Part shown: in pieces, positions 20,222 through 31,362 of the stretch
How positions within the stretch are numbered: position 1 is the first letter of the stretch
Layout: the number at the start of each line of letters is the position of its first letter
DNA from: Candidatus Latescibacterota bacterium
Lineage (GTDB): Bacteria; Latescibacterota; UBA2968; UBA8231
Direction of reading: 5' to 3'
DNA length: 64,000 nt
Assembly: GCA_965197905.1 (NCBI GenBank)
Contig: CBDAOB010000004.1
Location: 1,504,001 to 1,568,000 of the forward strand
Position numbers and translations under genes: made by a program
The notes under the pieces: generated by a model
The model's input: only the letters and a program-made list of their open reading frames with translations
Told to the model about the DNA's origin: nothing
Databases searched by the model: none

Positions 20222-20500
20222 ATGCTGCACCGACAACTGCGAACCGCACTCGAAGAGATCTTTGGCGACGAATATGTATCCAATGCTCTGACTCAACCCG
20301 AGATGGCCCAGTTGGTCCTCTACGAACGTCCCACGGACTTCAAGGAGACCATTCTCGGTTTTCAGCGGTTGAACTACCGCGAAGAGCAACAGACCTACGC
20401 CGAGCGTCTGGAGTCAACACTGGGCGTAGCCCTCATCTGTTCCCTGCTCGACGAATCCACCCGCGAGCTCGTAGCCGAACTCGGACTGAACTACATCTAG
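20222..20500 (+). CDS. Hypothetical protein (92 aa, acidic, predicted helical)
   Basis: ATG start and gene-like codon bias; no recognisable motif. Confidence 0.7.
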   Translation: MLHRQLRTALEEIFGDEYVSNALTQPEMAQLVLYERPTDFKETILGFQRLNYREEQQTYAERLESTLGVALICSLLDESTRELVAELGLNYI

Positions 20501-20712
20501 CCGGCCGCTAACCCGCCGCGCGGAACTGATTGCAGCGGTGGTTCGTTCTATCAAGAGGACCGTCTGGGCGGTGCGCCGGCGAACGTGGCGATTCGATCGA
20601 ATTGCACTTGATTCGGCGTACAACTCGTGTGGCGGCCCCTACCGATTTTCGTTATCTTGAGTGACTTCGTCGTCGCCTAGGTATCTCACATTCCCGGATT
20701 ATCGTTGTAATT

Positions 20713-21540
20713 GTGCGCTACAACCTCGCAGATCTCCACATCCATTCATTCTGTTCCGACGGCGTTCGCACACCGCGTCAGGCGGTTGAAGAGGCGGATG
20801 CCGCAGGGCTCCAGGCTCTGAGTCTGACTGACCACGACACCGTGGCCGGCATCGACGAAGCCAGGCGCGCCGCGGACGAGCTAAAGATAGAGGTGATACC
20901 TGGCACGGAGCTGAGTGCTCACATCGGCGAGCGTGAGGTTCACATCCTCGCCTACTGTTTCGAGTGGAAAGACCCGCGACTGCTGGAACACGTCGGAGAT
21001 CTGCACCAGAAAAGATATGAGCGCGGTGTCGCCATTGTGGAGCGTCTCAACCATTTGGGTATCGAGATGAAGCTGGATGAGGTGTTGGACACCGCCGATG
21101 GCTCTCCACTGGGGCGTCCGCACATCGCCGCGACCATGGTCGACAATGGGGTCGTGACCAGCAAGGAAGAAGCGTTTGATCGTTTTCTGGGGGACCGCAG
21201 TCCGGCCTTCGTGCCAAAACCACACATCTCCGCCCAAGGTGTCATCGATCTGGTTCACAATGTGGGTGGCGTCGCCTTTCTCGCCCACCCCGGTTTGAGT
21301 CTTCAAGAGGCCACCATCGTCGAACTGGTGGAGAGCGGGTTGGACGGAATCGAGGTGTTTCATCCCGGGCACCAACCACCGCAGATCGACTACTACACCC
21401 AGCTCGTGCAGGATCACAACCTGCTGCAGACCGGCGGCTCGGACAGCCACGGAGAAGCTACGGGCACAAAAATCGGCGACTACGGTATCGGGTATGAAGC
21501 CGTAGAGGCCATGCGTCAACGGGCGGCGACCTTCAGTTGA
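20713..21540 (+). CDS. PHP-domain phosphoesterase (TrpH/YciV-like)
   Basis: DLHIHS..SDG, TDHDT, GRPHIA, LAHP and GGSDSHG. Confidence 0.92.
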   Translation: MRYNLADLHIHSFCSDGVRTPRQAVEEADAAGLQALSLTDHDTVAGIDEARRAADELKIEVIPGTELSAHIGEREVHILAYCFEWKDPRLLEHVGDLHQKRYERGVAIVERLNHLGIEMKLDEVLDTADGSPLGRPHIAATMVDNGVVTSKEEAFDRFLGDRSPAFVPKPHISAQGVIDLVHNVGGVAFLAHPGLSLQEATIVELVESGLDGIEVFHPGHQPPQIDYYTQLVQDHNLLQTGGSDSHGEATGTKIGDYGIGYEAVEAMRQRAATFS

Positions 21541-21582
21541 CCGCCCACACTTCCCCTTTTCTACCCTTCTTCTACATCTGAT

Positions 21583-23247
21583 TTGATGAAGGTTCTCCTG
21601 GGGTCGCTGCGGTGTTGGTTGGCCGTCGCAATCCTTCTGCCGGCCGCGTCAGGGGCTGCCGTTCCGTTGCGCTTCCATCAGCAGGATCCGGGACCGTTGA
21701 GCGGCCTCATCGGCGCGGACATCGGTGACGTGAGATGGAGCGGCCGTTACCTGTGGGTCGGAACGGAGAGCGGACTTGCACGGCTGGAGCTGGATCGAGC
21801 CAGCGGGTTGGACGGGGGCGACTGGATAACGTTTACCGAGGCGAACGGTCTCGGGCGCGGCGCCATAAGCGCCCTGGCAGCGTCTGGGGACACCGTCTGG
21901 GTAGCAACCATCGTCGACACTGCCATCACCGGCTTGGGCGAGCATCAGATGGGAACCGGACTCAGCTACTCTTTCGACGCCGGCGCATCGTGGAGACACA
22001 TTTCGAATGAAGAGCTGTTCCAACTGCCCGGTTTTAACCGGGAACCTCCTATCGACAACGGTTGTTTTGGCCTCGATTTCGTAGGCGACATTGTGTGGGC
22101 TGCATTCTTTTCGGGCTCCCTAGTGCGTTCGCCCGATGGGGGTCAAACCTGGGAGCGGGTCCTCCCTGGAGGCTCTGCGGAAATCTATTACTTCGAGGAC
22201 GAAACCGGGGCGGATGTGGTCGAGGCTCGCGCTGACAGCTTGCAGCGAGCTGGCGCCTCAGCCGAGGTAGTCGAACGAGTTCGGGTGGATGCGGACAGCC
22301 TGCGCAGTCTCCATCTCTTGCACCGCACGTTTGAAGTCCTCGCATATGGCGATACCGTGTGGGTCGGCACCTCTGGTGGCATCGCGCGCAGTTTCGACGG
22401 GGGCGAGACGTGGCGCAACCACAAGGTCCGTTTCGACCGCGACGGGGCGCTTCTTCCCGGCAACATCGGCGGCAACTGGGTAGTTGCTCTGGAGCGCGAA
22501 ATCGCCTCCGACGGTAGATCTATTTTATGGGCAGGTACCCGCGTCACCGACACACCCGCGTCGGGACAGCGCAACTCCATCAGCTTCAGCATTGACAACG
22601 GAGAGAACTGGCAATCGGGTGGGCCCACCTATGCCTGGGGATTCGCCTTTACCGAGAATGGCGTTTGGGCCGGAACCGAGCGCGGCCTGCTGGCCAGCTT
22701 CGACAACGGGGAATCCTGGGACGAGGTTGAAGTAGAAGATGCCACCACGCGGGAACGACTGCGCGGAACCTTCGTCGGCATGGCTGGGATAGAAGAGATT
22801 CTGTGGGTCGGTTCCGAGGTCGGGCTAGGTCGCACCACCGACGAAGGCATTACCTGGCGCATCGTCACATCTCCCATCAAGACGCTGACGATCGACACCG
22901 GACAGTTCACCGGTAACGCCAACGTGCTCGACACCCTGTATACCCTGTCGGGACGAGTGCGGTCGTATGCGGCGCCCAATCCGTTCGCCCCGACCCAGGG
23001 CGAGCTCTCCCGAATCAACTACAGTATAGAAGCTGCGGCGCAGGTTAGTATAGAACTCTATGACTTCGCCAGCCGCCGAGTGCGCACGTTGTTGAGCAAG
23101 GAATCCCGCAGTGGGCAAACCAACCATGGCGAAAACTGGGATGGGCGCGACGACGACGGCCGGATCGTCGCCAATGGCGTTTATTTTTACCGTATCGGAC
23201 TCGAAAACGGAAAAGCATCCTTCGGCAAGGTGGTTGTACTAGATTGA
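21583..23247 (+). CDS. Secreted Asp-box (BNR) beta-propeller protein with C-terminal FlgD-Ig/T9SS-like sorting domain
   Basis: Six S/TxDxGxxW boxes; ends PNPF.P...WDGRDDDGRIVANGVYFYRI...GKVVVLD. Confidence 0.85.
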   Translation: MMKVLLGSLRCWLAVAILLPAASGAAVPLRFHQQDPGPLSGLIGADIGDVRWSGRYLWVGTESGLARLELDRASGLDGGDWITFTEANGLGRGAISALAASGDTVWVATIVDTAITGLGEHQMGTGLSYSFDAGASWRHISNEELFQLPGFNREPPIDNGCFGLDFVGDIVWAAFFSGSLVRSPDGGQTWERVLPGGSAEIYYFEDETGADVVEARADSLQRAGASAEVVERVRVDADSLRSLHLLHRTFEVLAYGDTVWVGTSGGIARSFDGGETWRNHKVRFDRDGALLPGNIGGNWVVALEREIASDGRSILWAGTRVTDTPASGQRNSISFSIDNGENWQSGGPTYAWGFAFTENGVWAGTERGLLASFDNGESWDEVEVEDATTRERLRGTFVGMAGIEEILWVGSEVGLGRTTDEGITWRIVTSPIKTLTIDTGQFTGNANVLDTLYTLSGRVRSYAAPNPFAPTQGELSRINYSIEAAAQVSIELYDFASRRVRTLLSKESRSGQTNHGENWDGRDDDGRIVANGVYFYRIGLENGKASFGKVVVLD

Positions 23248-24206
23248 TTTCATCCGGGAGGGTGTGGAGTTGGCGCGGTTGGTTGTTGGCCGCTCTGGCA
23301 GTTGGAAGCCTGCCAGGCAAGGGCATCGCGGCGGACTACGCCGCGGCGTTTATAGAGGTTGGGGTCGGCGCGCGCGGGGTGGGCATGGGCAACGCATTCG
23401 TGGCCGCCGTCGACGATGCCACCGCATCCTACTGGAACCCGGCTGGGTTATTGCGGTCCAAGGGAAAAGGAATGATGACCTCGGTCCAGCCCATGTCGCT
23501 GGATCGGCGGCACAGCAGCTTCTCTGCCCGGCTCAACCTCAGGGGCGAGTTCGCCTTCGGATTCAGCTGGGTGCACGCCCGTGTCGGCGACGTTGTGGCT
23601 CGCTCTTCAAGCGGGATCCCGACCGGTGACATCAACAACTCCCAGAACGCATACCATGTCGCCGTGGCGCGCCAGTTGCATCCGCGGTTGGCGGCGGGGG
23701 GCATCCTGAAGGTGCTCGAACACGAGATTGCGGTGCCGGGGCGGGGCGGCTCCAGCGGCCGCGGCTACGGATTTGATTTCGGGGTCCAGTTCCACGCGTT
23801 CGAAAACACCTTTGTCGGGGTGACGGCGAGAAACGTTAATTCCGAACTGAGTTGGAAGGTGAAACGAAGCAGCCAACAGAGCACCACCACAGACGACCCC
23901 CTGCCCCGCGTCGTGACGGCTGGACTCGCCCACCAACCGGTGGAGCGGGTGGTGGTCGCCGTCGACGTGCACATGGGCAATGAAAGCTATCTGAACTTGG
24001 GCGCCGAGTGGGAACTCAGCCCGGTACTCACCGTACGGGGCGGCTTGAGCCGCCTTCCCGGCGACGACACCGCCGTCGGCTCGACAGCGGCTGGCTTGAC
24101 CCTCCGACCCATGCGCACGGAATCGGTGCAATTCCACTACAGCTACACCACCGACGAGTTGGACGCCGGGGGCCGCACAGTAGCCGGCGTAGCTATAACA
24201 TTCTAG
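23244..24206 (+). CDS. PorV/PorQ-family outer-membrane beta-barrel
   Basis: AFIEVGVGARGVGMGNAFVAAVDDATASYWNPAGL, amphipathic strands and terminal Phe. Confidence 0.85.
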   Translation: MISSGRVWSWRGWLLAALAVGSLPGKGIAADYAAAFIEVGVGARGVGMGNAFVAAVDDATASYWNPAGLLRSKGKGMMTSVQPMSLDRRHSSFSARLNLRGEFAFGFSWVHARVGDVVARSSSGIPTGDINNSQNAYHVAVARQLHPRLAAGGILKVLEHEIAVPGRGGSSGRGYGFDFGVQFHAFENTFVGVTARNVNSELSWKVKRSSQQSTTTDDPLPRVVTAGLAHQPVERVVVAVDVHMGNESYLNLGAEWELSPVLTVRGGLSRLPGDDTAVGSTAAGLTLRPMRTESVQFHYSYTTDELDAGGRTVAGVAITF

Positions 24207-24209
24207 AAG

Positions 24210-25157
24210 GTGCGGTTGAAGCCAAGAACCGGAGGCCGCCGATTGCTATCGCGGACAGCCACACACACAGTGGGGCGACGCTGGGGCCGGCGATGTTTGA
24301 TCGCCGCTGTGCTGGTTTGCTGCTGGACCGTGATGGCAGACGCCGCTGGCTTGCCGTTCTTGCGGCTCAGCTCCGGCGCCCGCGCCAGCGCATTGGGAGA
24401 AGCCGTAACCGCACTTACCGACCTCGAGGCGATGACCTACAATCCGGCCGCGTTGACCGCTTCGGCATCCCGTGGTGTCAGCATTGGCCACAGCGAATGG
24501 ATCCAGGACATTCGCCACGAATATCTCGCTCTTGTTGCGCCAAGGGGACCGGGAACCATTGCGTTAGCCGGCGCATTTTCTCAGGCCGACGGGCTGGAAC
24601 GTCGAACCGGCCCATCCGCTCTTCCGTTGGGAGATTTTGGGGTATACGACAGTGTGGTCGGGGTCGGATATGCCCGCGACTGGCGTCCTAAGCTGCGCCT
24701 GGGAGTGGGTGTCAAGATGGTGAGGCAGACCATATTCACGAAAACGGCCAGTGGGGCGGCCGTTGACTTGGGTGCTCTCTATCGGGTCAAACCCGAGCTT
24801 CAGATCGCCGCAGCGGTGCGCAACATGGGCGCCATGGGCAAGCTGGTTTCGGAGTCGACCGATTTACCCGTCGAAGCCAGGGTCGGGGCCGTCTATCGAG
24901 GACCCGGACAGCTGTTGGTGGTGTTGGATCTGCAGCGGGTGCGCGACACCGGGACCTCGCTCCATGTGGGAACGGAGTACGCCATACAAAGTCGGCTCGC
25001 CCTGAGGGCGGGCTACCAGACGACGGACAGTCGGGATCTGTCCCTTGGGCTGGGAGTCAACTGCGGTTCGTGGGCATTCGACTACGCCTTCGTCCCGTTT
25101 CCGTCCGGCCTTGGGGATGCACACAGGGTCGGGGTCAGGTTCCGCGGCTCTCGGTGA
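24210..25157 (+). CDS. Second PorV/PorQ-family beta-barrel (true start probably later than 24210)
   Basis: FLRLSSGARASALGEA...YNPAAL, HSEW, AVDLG, LRAGY and DYAFVPF..LGDAHR. Confidence 0.85.
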   Translation: MRLKPRTGGRRLLSRTATHTVGRRWGRRCLIAAVLVCCWTVMADAAGLPFLRLSSGARASALGEAVTALTDLEAMTYNPAALTASASRGVSIGHSEWIQDIRHEYLALVAPRGPGTIALAGAFSQADGLERRTGPSALPLGDFGVYDSVVGVGYARDWRPKLRLGVGVKMVRQTIFTKTASGAAVDLGALYRVKPELQIAAAVRNMGAMGKLVSESTDLPVEARVGAVYRGPGQLLVVLDLQRVRDTGTSLHVGTEYAIQSRLALRAGYQTTDSRDLSLGLGVNCGSWAFDYAFVPFPSGLGDAHRVGVRFRGSR

Positions 25158-25176
25158 ACCTGGAACAGGTGCCGGC

Positions 25177-26154
25177 ATGAACCTTTGGCGCAAAGAGTTG
25201 CCATCGGCAGCTCCCATCCCTACCCTCCGCGCCCCGGTACCACCCTTGCCAGCCGCGCCTCGACGCGGCTTGCGCGAGAGGGCCGAAACTCCCGCGTGGA
25301 AACATCTTGTGCTGTTCGTTCTCACCTTGCTTTCGATGGCCGTCGCCGGTGCCATGCAACAAGGGGTAAATCCGCTCGGCAGTATGTCGAGCCTCGTGCA
25401 CCTGGTGGAGGGCATACCTTTTGCGGCGACGCTGCTGGGAATCCTAGCTGTCCACGAATTTGGCCACTACTTTGCCGCTCGCCGCTGGGGCGTCAAGGCA
25501 TCCTTGCCCTACTTTCTGCCCCTGCCCTACATATCAATCCTCGGAACATTGGGGGCCGTGATTAGAATCCGCTCACCCATCCCACACAAACGCGCCCTCA
25601 TGGATATTGGCGCCGCCGGGCCTCTGGCCGGGCTAGCTGTTGCCGTGGTTGCATGTGCGGTCGGATTGGCACATTCCACCGTCGTGGACGCCGACTATTT
25701 TCAATGGCGGCCCGTACAGCTGGGAGCCCCGCTGTTGTTTCAGGGCATCTACTCCCTGTTGTTGCCCGAAGTTGCCCCAAACCAGCTGGTGTTGCTCAGT
25801 CCCATCGCTTTCGCCGGGTGGGTCGGCCTGTTCATAACCGCGCTCAACCTCTTGCCCGTCGGTCAGTTGGATGGCGGGCACATCGCCTACGCACTTTTCG
25901 GCCGGTGGTTCCGCCATCTCGCCCGTGTCACCTTCGTTTGCTTGCTGGGTATGAGCAGCTATAATATTTTACAGTGGGGCTGGGCGCAGTCGCCCGTATG
26001 GCTGGTGTTGGCGTTGATTCTGGTCATGCTGGGAACGGACCATCCTCCACCCCGCGATCCCGTTCCGATTCTGGGACCCGGGCGCAAGATCGTGGGTATC
26101 TTGTGTTTGGTGGCGTTCGCCGCCTGTTTTACTCCCCTTCCGTTTCGCCTGTAG
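25177..26154 (+). CDS. Site-2 protease (M50) membrane metalloprotease
   Basis: HEFGH, LPYFLP, GTLGA, DIGAAGPLAG and NLLPVGQLDGGH. Confidence 0.92.
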   Translation: MNLWRKELPSAAPIPTLRAPVPPLPAAPRRGLRERAETPAWKHLVLFVLTLLSMAVAGAMQQGVNPLGSMSSLVHLVEGIPFAATLLGILAVHEFGHYFAARRWGVKASLPYFLPLPYISILGTLGAVIRIRSPIPHKRALMDIGAAGPLAGLAVAVVACAVGLAHSTVVDADYFQWRPVQLGAPLLFQGIYSLLLPEVAPNQLVLLSPIAFAGWVGLFITALNLLPVGQLDGGHIAYALFGRWFRHLARVTFVCLLGMSSYNILQWGWAQSPVWLVLALILVMLGTDHPPPRDPVPILGPGRKIVGILCLVAFAACFTPLPFRL

Positions 26155-26157
26155 ATC

Positions 26158-26889
26158 GTGCGGGCCACCTGTTTCGCACTCGCAACGTTTTTCTCTTTGA
26201 CTGCCGGTTGCGGACTAGACGACAGGGCGCAGGTTTCCTGCCGCTGTACCGATGAAACGAATCTGGCGGACTTTCCCGATTGTGTCAGCGGGGCTCGACC
26301 TACACCCGACAACCCATTCACGACTCAGTTGCCCGACTGCCCTAGCGGGCAGCTGCTCATTCTGGCCGAGCCGACCCGGCCGGAGTTCGTCCTGGAGAAC
26401 CTACGCACCGTGTTTGAAGCCCGTCCCCAGACACGCAACGTAAACCAGTATATGGACCAACTGGCAGAGAATTTTACCTTCGTTCCGGATGCGGATGACA
26501 TTGCTCTGCACCCTGAGGTCTACGACACCGGCGCGGACACTCTGTGGAATCGGGAGCGGGAACGGCGCTTCGCGCGGGTGATTCTGGACCCCCTGTTGGT
26601 GCAAACCGTGCGTTTTCGGCGGTGGTATCAATCCTCGCGGGACGAGCGCATCATCTCGTCCGACGGGCTGCGACAAAGTTATATCTTTCCCTATGAAGTG
26701 GACTTTGACAGGGTGCCCGACGAGAGCGGCGCAATGGAGATGTTCACTATTGCAGGTCGTGCCGAGATCAGTTGCGTCACGCCGACGCTGCAAAATCCGG
26801 TCTGGACCGTAGAGGAATGGATAGACCTGCGTGATTCAGAAAGCGTGCATCGTTCCTGGGGAGAGATCAGGGCCGAGTTTTTCCGCTGA
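26158..26889 (+). CDS. Hypothetical lipoprotein (possible NTF2-like fold)
   Basis: Lipobox-like TAGC; PEFVLENL...Y...L..NFTF; W.VEEWID. Confidence 0.7.
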   Translation: MRATCFALATFFSLTAGCGLDDRAQVSCRCTDETNLADFPDCVSGARPTPDNPFTTQLPDCPSGQLLILAEPTRPEFVLENLRTVFEARPQTRNVNQYMDQLAENFTFVPDADDIALHPEVYDTGADTLWNRERERRFARVILDPLLVQTVRFRRWYQSSRDERIISSDGLRQSYIFPYEVDFDRVPDESGAMEMFTIAGRAEISCVTPTLQNPVWTVEEWIDLRDSESVHRSWGEIRAEFFR

Positions 26890-26896
26890 CCAGCGA

Positions 26897-27568
26897 ATGA
26901 GCGATATGCGAAAAATGCTTCTGACCTTCGCCGGAGTCGTGTTGCTGGCAGCGTGCTCCAATCCGTTCGCGCCGGAGAAGCAGACCCCTGAAGGCACGAC
27001 ACAACAGCCGGCGCCGGCCGCCGAGACCCCCCAGCTCCTGATCGACAACCTGCATCGAGCTATGCGCGATCGCGACAAGGATCTCTACGAAACATTGCTC
27101 GACGAGCGGTTCTGGTTTACGGAGGACAACTGCCAGGGTGACCTTGTGCTAGCCAATGGCAAGGAAGAGGAATTGGAGATCATGGGCGGCAGTCGGGATA
27201 GCGATCGGCCGGGCATATTTCAGATTTTTCGCACCTTCGAATTCGATTTTCAGACCATTGCCCGCTCACGGGAGTTGGGCAGCGAGTACCCGAATGCGTT
27301 CGAGGACGATCCGGACGGCCACCCCGACGAAGACTGGGATGTGTTCAGAGGTCGCGTGCAGATGTTGATTCTGGATGAGGGTGGTGACGGCTTTCGCGTA
27401 GACCAGATCATGACGTATAAGCTACGACTCGATGATGCAGGGATCTGGCGCATGATTCGGTGGATCGATGACCCGCTCAGCGGAGACTGCGGCGGGCCGG
27501 CACGCAAAGAGATTGCCCAGTTGATCCCCTGGGCTTTGGCGAAACGAGGGTTTCCGGGTGCCGACTAG
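26897..27568 (+). CDS. Hypothetical lipoprotein, apparent paralogue of the preceding gene
   Basis: Lipobox LAAC-SNPFAP; TPQLLIDNL...LY..LL.ERFWF; WRMIRWIDD. Confidence 0.75.
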   Translation: MSDMRKMLLTFAGVVLLAACSNPFAPEKQTPEGTTQQPAPAAETPQLLIDNLHRAMRDRDKDLYETLLDERFWFTEDNCQGDLVLANGKEEELEIMGGSRDSDRPGIFQIFRTFEFDFQTIARSRELGSEYPNAFEDDPDGHPDEDWDVFRGRVQMLILDEGGDGFRVDQIMTYKLRLDDAGIWRMIRWIDDPLSGDCGGPARKEIAQLIPWALAKRGFPGAD

Positions 27569-27696
27569 TACCGTCCACTTCTAGCGTACACAACGCGGGA
27601 TCCAGCCCCGGTTCCGCCCTTCCCAGGTGACTCGGTCTTGCGCCTGGTCCCTCACATCCCCTGAGATCCGACCGCAACTTGGCTAAACGCGCAAAA

Positions 27697-28842
27697 ATGG
27701 CACGCCGGCAGCGGCGTCCGTTGTGGCATCTCGCACTCAGCGCAGTGCTGGTTTTCGGCGCTGTGTCGGCGGCCCTCTACCTGCATTGGGAGGCGGAGTT
27801 CCGCGAGGATACGGCGGCGGCGCAAGCCCGCGATGCCCGTCGAGCAAGCGAGAATGCCGCGGCGTTGGGTGACCGGATAGCGGCAAAGTTGGGAGAAACG
27901 CTGGAGGAACTGGGTATCGGAGCCGACCTGGTGGAAAGGCGCGCCGAGCCGCAGCCGAACTCGAGCGCTCGGTACCAGTTCCGCGTGCGTGTACCCGGCG
28001 ATCTGCCGTTGACTACGGTGAATCTGCAGATCACTCGCCTGGTGCGCGCGCAAGGCGGGTTGATTTTGCGCGCGGTGGAATACGAGCGAACCGGCAGAGT
28101 GCAACTTCATTGTGGCCTCGATACCATCGAAATCGCTACGATAGAGCTGCTCAGATCCCGGTCCCTTCTGCGCCGGGCTGGAAAGATCGCCATCGTCATC
28201 GACGATTTCGGCCATACGAGCCAGCGATTGGTCAAGCAATTCTGTCAGCTCCCCTTTCCCCTCACCTTGGCCGTGCTGCCCAACGAGGGTCGGGGAGACG
28301 CCATCGCGGAAAGAGCGCTGGCGGCAGGACATGAGGTGTTGGTTCACCTGCCGATGGAGCCGGATGGCTACCCGGAAAACGATCCTGGACCCGACGCCGT
28401 TATGGTGGACCAGGATGCCGATGAAATTCGCTGGCACGTGCGGCAGGCGATCGACCATGTCCCCGGCGCCGTCGGCTTGAACAACCATATGGGGTCACGG
28501 GCGACCGCGGATGCGCGGGTAATGGGGTTGGTGTTGGAAGAGGTGTCGCGCCATCCGTTGTTTTTTCTCGACAGCCGCACGACCCCCGAGTCGCAGGGAT
28601 GGAAAATAGCGCAGGAGGCCGGCATTCCCTCCATCCAACGGGATCTATTTATTGATCCCCTCGAAGAAGCTACCTCGGTGGAAGAGAACCTGTGGGAGCT
28701 GGCGGAGTTGGCCGCCCGCAACGGGCATGCCGTGGGCGTCGGTCACGATCGGCAACAGACCTTGAGCGCCCTCGAGTACGTCCTGCCGCGGTTGGAGCGA
28801 AGGGGCTTCCGCTTTGTCCCCGTTTCCCAGCTGGCGCAGTGA
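27697..28842 (+). CDS. Divergent polysaccharide deacetylase family protein (YibQ-like) with N-terminal TM anchor
   Basis: IAIVIDDFG, HLPMEP, NNHMGS, FLDSRT, RDLFID and GH. Confidence 0.9.
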   Translation: MARRQRRPLWHLALSAVLVFGAVSAALYLHWEAEFREDTAAAQARDARRASENAAALGDRIAAKLGETLEELGIGADLVERRAEPQPNSSARYQFRVRVPGDLPLTTVNLQITRLVRAQGGLILRAVEYERTGRVQLHCGLDTIEIATIELLRSRSLLRRAGKIAIVIDDFGHTSQRLVKQFCQLPFPLTLAVLPNEGRGDAIAERALAAGHEVLVHLPMEPDGYPENDPGPDAVMVDQDADEIRWHVRQAIDHVPGAVGLNNHMGSRATADARVMGLVLEEVSRHPLFFLDSRTTPESQGWKIAQEAGIPSIQRDLFIDPLEEATSVEENLWELAELAARNGHAVGVGHDRQQTLSALEYVLPRLERRGFRFVPVSQLAQ

Positions 28843-29973
<1,131 letters not shown>

Positions 29974-30054
29974 TATTCTTTAGATTGAGAAAAATTTCTT
30001 CATGACGGCCTGCGTTGCGGGCCTCATCCGGCTTACGAAGGAAAGGAACCCGCC

Positions 30055-30384
30055 TTGTTCGATTTGATCGATTCCGCCCATGCCATGGGCGCCTCTCCCG
30101 ACGGCGCGGAGGGGGGCAATCCCATTCTGTCTTTGCTTCCGTTCATCCTCATGTTCGTCGTTCTCTATCTGCTCATCCTGCGTCCACAGATCAAGAAGCA
30201 GAAAAACCAGCAAAAGATGGTGGATGAGTTGAAGAAGGGCGATGCCGTTGTGACCAGTGGTGGTATCCACGGTGTCATCACCAACCTCAAGGATGAAGTC
30301 ATGGTGTTGAAGGTGGCCGAAAACGTGAAGATCGAGGTTTCCCGCAGCGCTGTATCCCGTGTCAAAGCCAGCGAAAAAAGCTAG
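30055..30384 (+). CDS. yajC: Preprotein translocase subunit YajC
   Basis: Single TM, LRPQ.KK and LKKGDAVVTSGGIHG; follows tgt. Confidence 0.95.
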   Translation: MFDLIDSAHAMGASPDGAEGGNPILSLLPFILMFVVLYLLILRPQIKKQKNQQKMVDELKKGDAVVTSGGIHGVITNLKDEVMVLKVAENVKIEVSRSAVSRVKASEKS

Positions 30385-30432
30385 TTGGCGAAATACGGTT
30401 ATCCTGGCCAGGTTCCGCCTTGCTGACGCGCG

Positions 30433-31362
30433 ATGAAAATCGTTTTCATGGGAACACCGCAGTTTGCCGTGCCCTCGCTGACCCGTCTGGCGATCAGCGC
30501 CCACCAGATCATCGCCGTAGTTACGAATCCGGATAGCCGTCAGGGACGAGGACGTAGAGCGGCTCCCCCGGCGGTCAAGGTGGCCGCGGTCGATCTCGGC
30601 CTCGAGGTGGTGCAGCAGCAGGACCTGCATTCGGCAGAGCTCGCCGAGCGCTTGGCGGCCCTCCAGCCCGACCTGTTTGCCGTGGTGGCTTTCTCCATCC
30701 TGCCCGCCCGACTTCTCGAGATTCCGCGCCTCGGAGCCATCAACCTGCATCCCTCACTGCTGCCCGCCTATCGCGGCGCCGCACCGGTCATCTGGGCGGT
30801 TATCAACGGGGAATCGACGACGGGGATCACCACCTTCTATCTAGATGCGCGCGTCGATGCCGGCGACATTCTCATGCAGGAAAACGTCGCCATCGACCCC
30901 GACGAAACAGCGGGCCAACTGGAGGCTCGTTTGAGCGCGGTGGGTTCCCGGTTAATGCTGGCCACGGTTGACGGTATTGCCAACGGAACGCTGACACCCC
31001 AACGGCAAACGGGGCGGGCATTCCCACGGGCCCCGAAGCTTCGAAAAGAGGATGGGCGCATTGACTGGGACCGACCCGCCGAAACGGTGCGCAACCACAT
31101 TCGCGGCGCCAACCCGGTGCCCGGAGCGTTTACCGATTGGGAGAGGGGTCCGCTGAAGATTCTACGCGCCCAACGGGTCGAATGTGCGGAGCTCGAGGTA
31201 CCCGGGACGGTGTTGACCGCGGGTCCCCGCGAGGGGCTGATCGTCGCTGCACAAGACGCCGGATTGCTTCTCCAGCAGGTGCAACCCGCCGGCAAGGGGC
31301 CGATGGAGGGTGCGGCTTTTGTTCGCGGCTACGGAATATCCCCCGGAGAGCGATTCGAATGA
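30433..31362 (+). CDS. fmt: Methionyl-tRNA formyltransferase
   Basis: FMGTPQFA, NLHPSLLP.YRGAAP, DAGD and APKL.KEDG.IDW. Confidence 0.96.
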   Translation: MKIVFMGTPQFAVPSLTRLAISAHQIIAVVTNPDSRQGRGRRAAPPAVKVAAVDLGLEVVQQQDLHSAELAERLAALQPDLFAVVAFSILPARLLEIPRLGAINLHPSLLPAYRGAAPVIWAVINGESTTGITTFYLDARVDAGDILMQENVAIDPDETAGQLEARLSAVGSRLMLATVDGIANGTLTPQRQTGRAFPRAPKLRKEDGRIDWDRPAETVRNHIRGANPVPGAFTDWERGPLKILRAQRVECAELEVPGTVLTAGPREGLIVAAQDAGLLLQQVQPAGKGPMEGAAFVRGYGISPGERFE

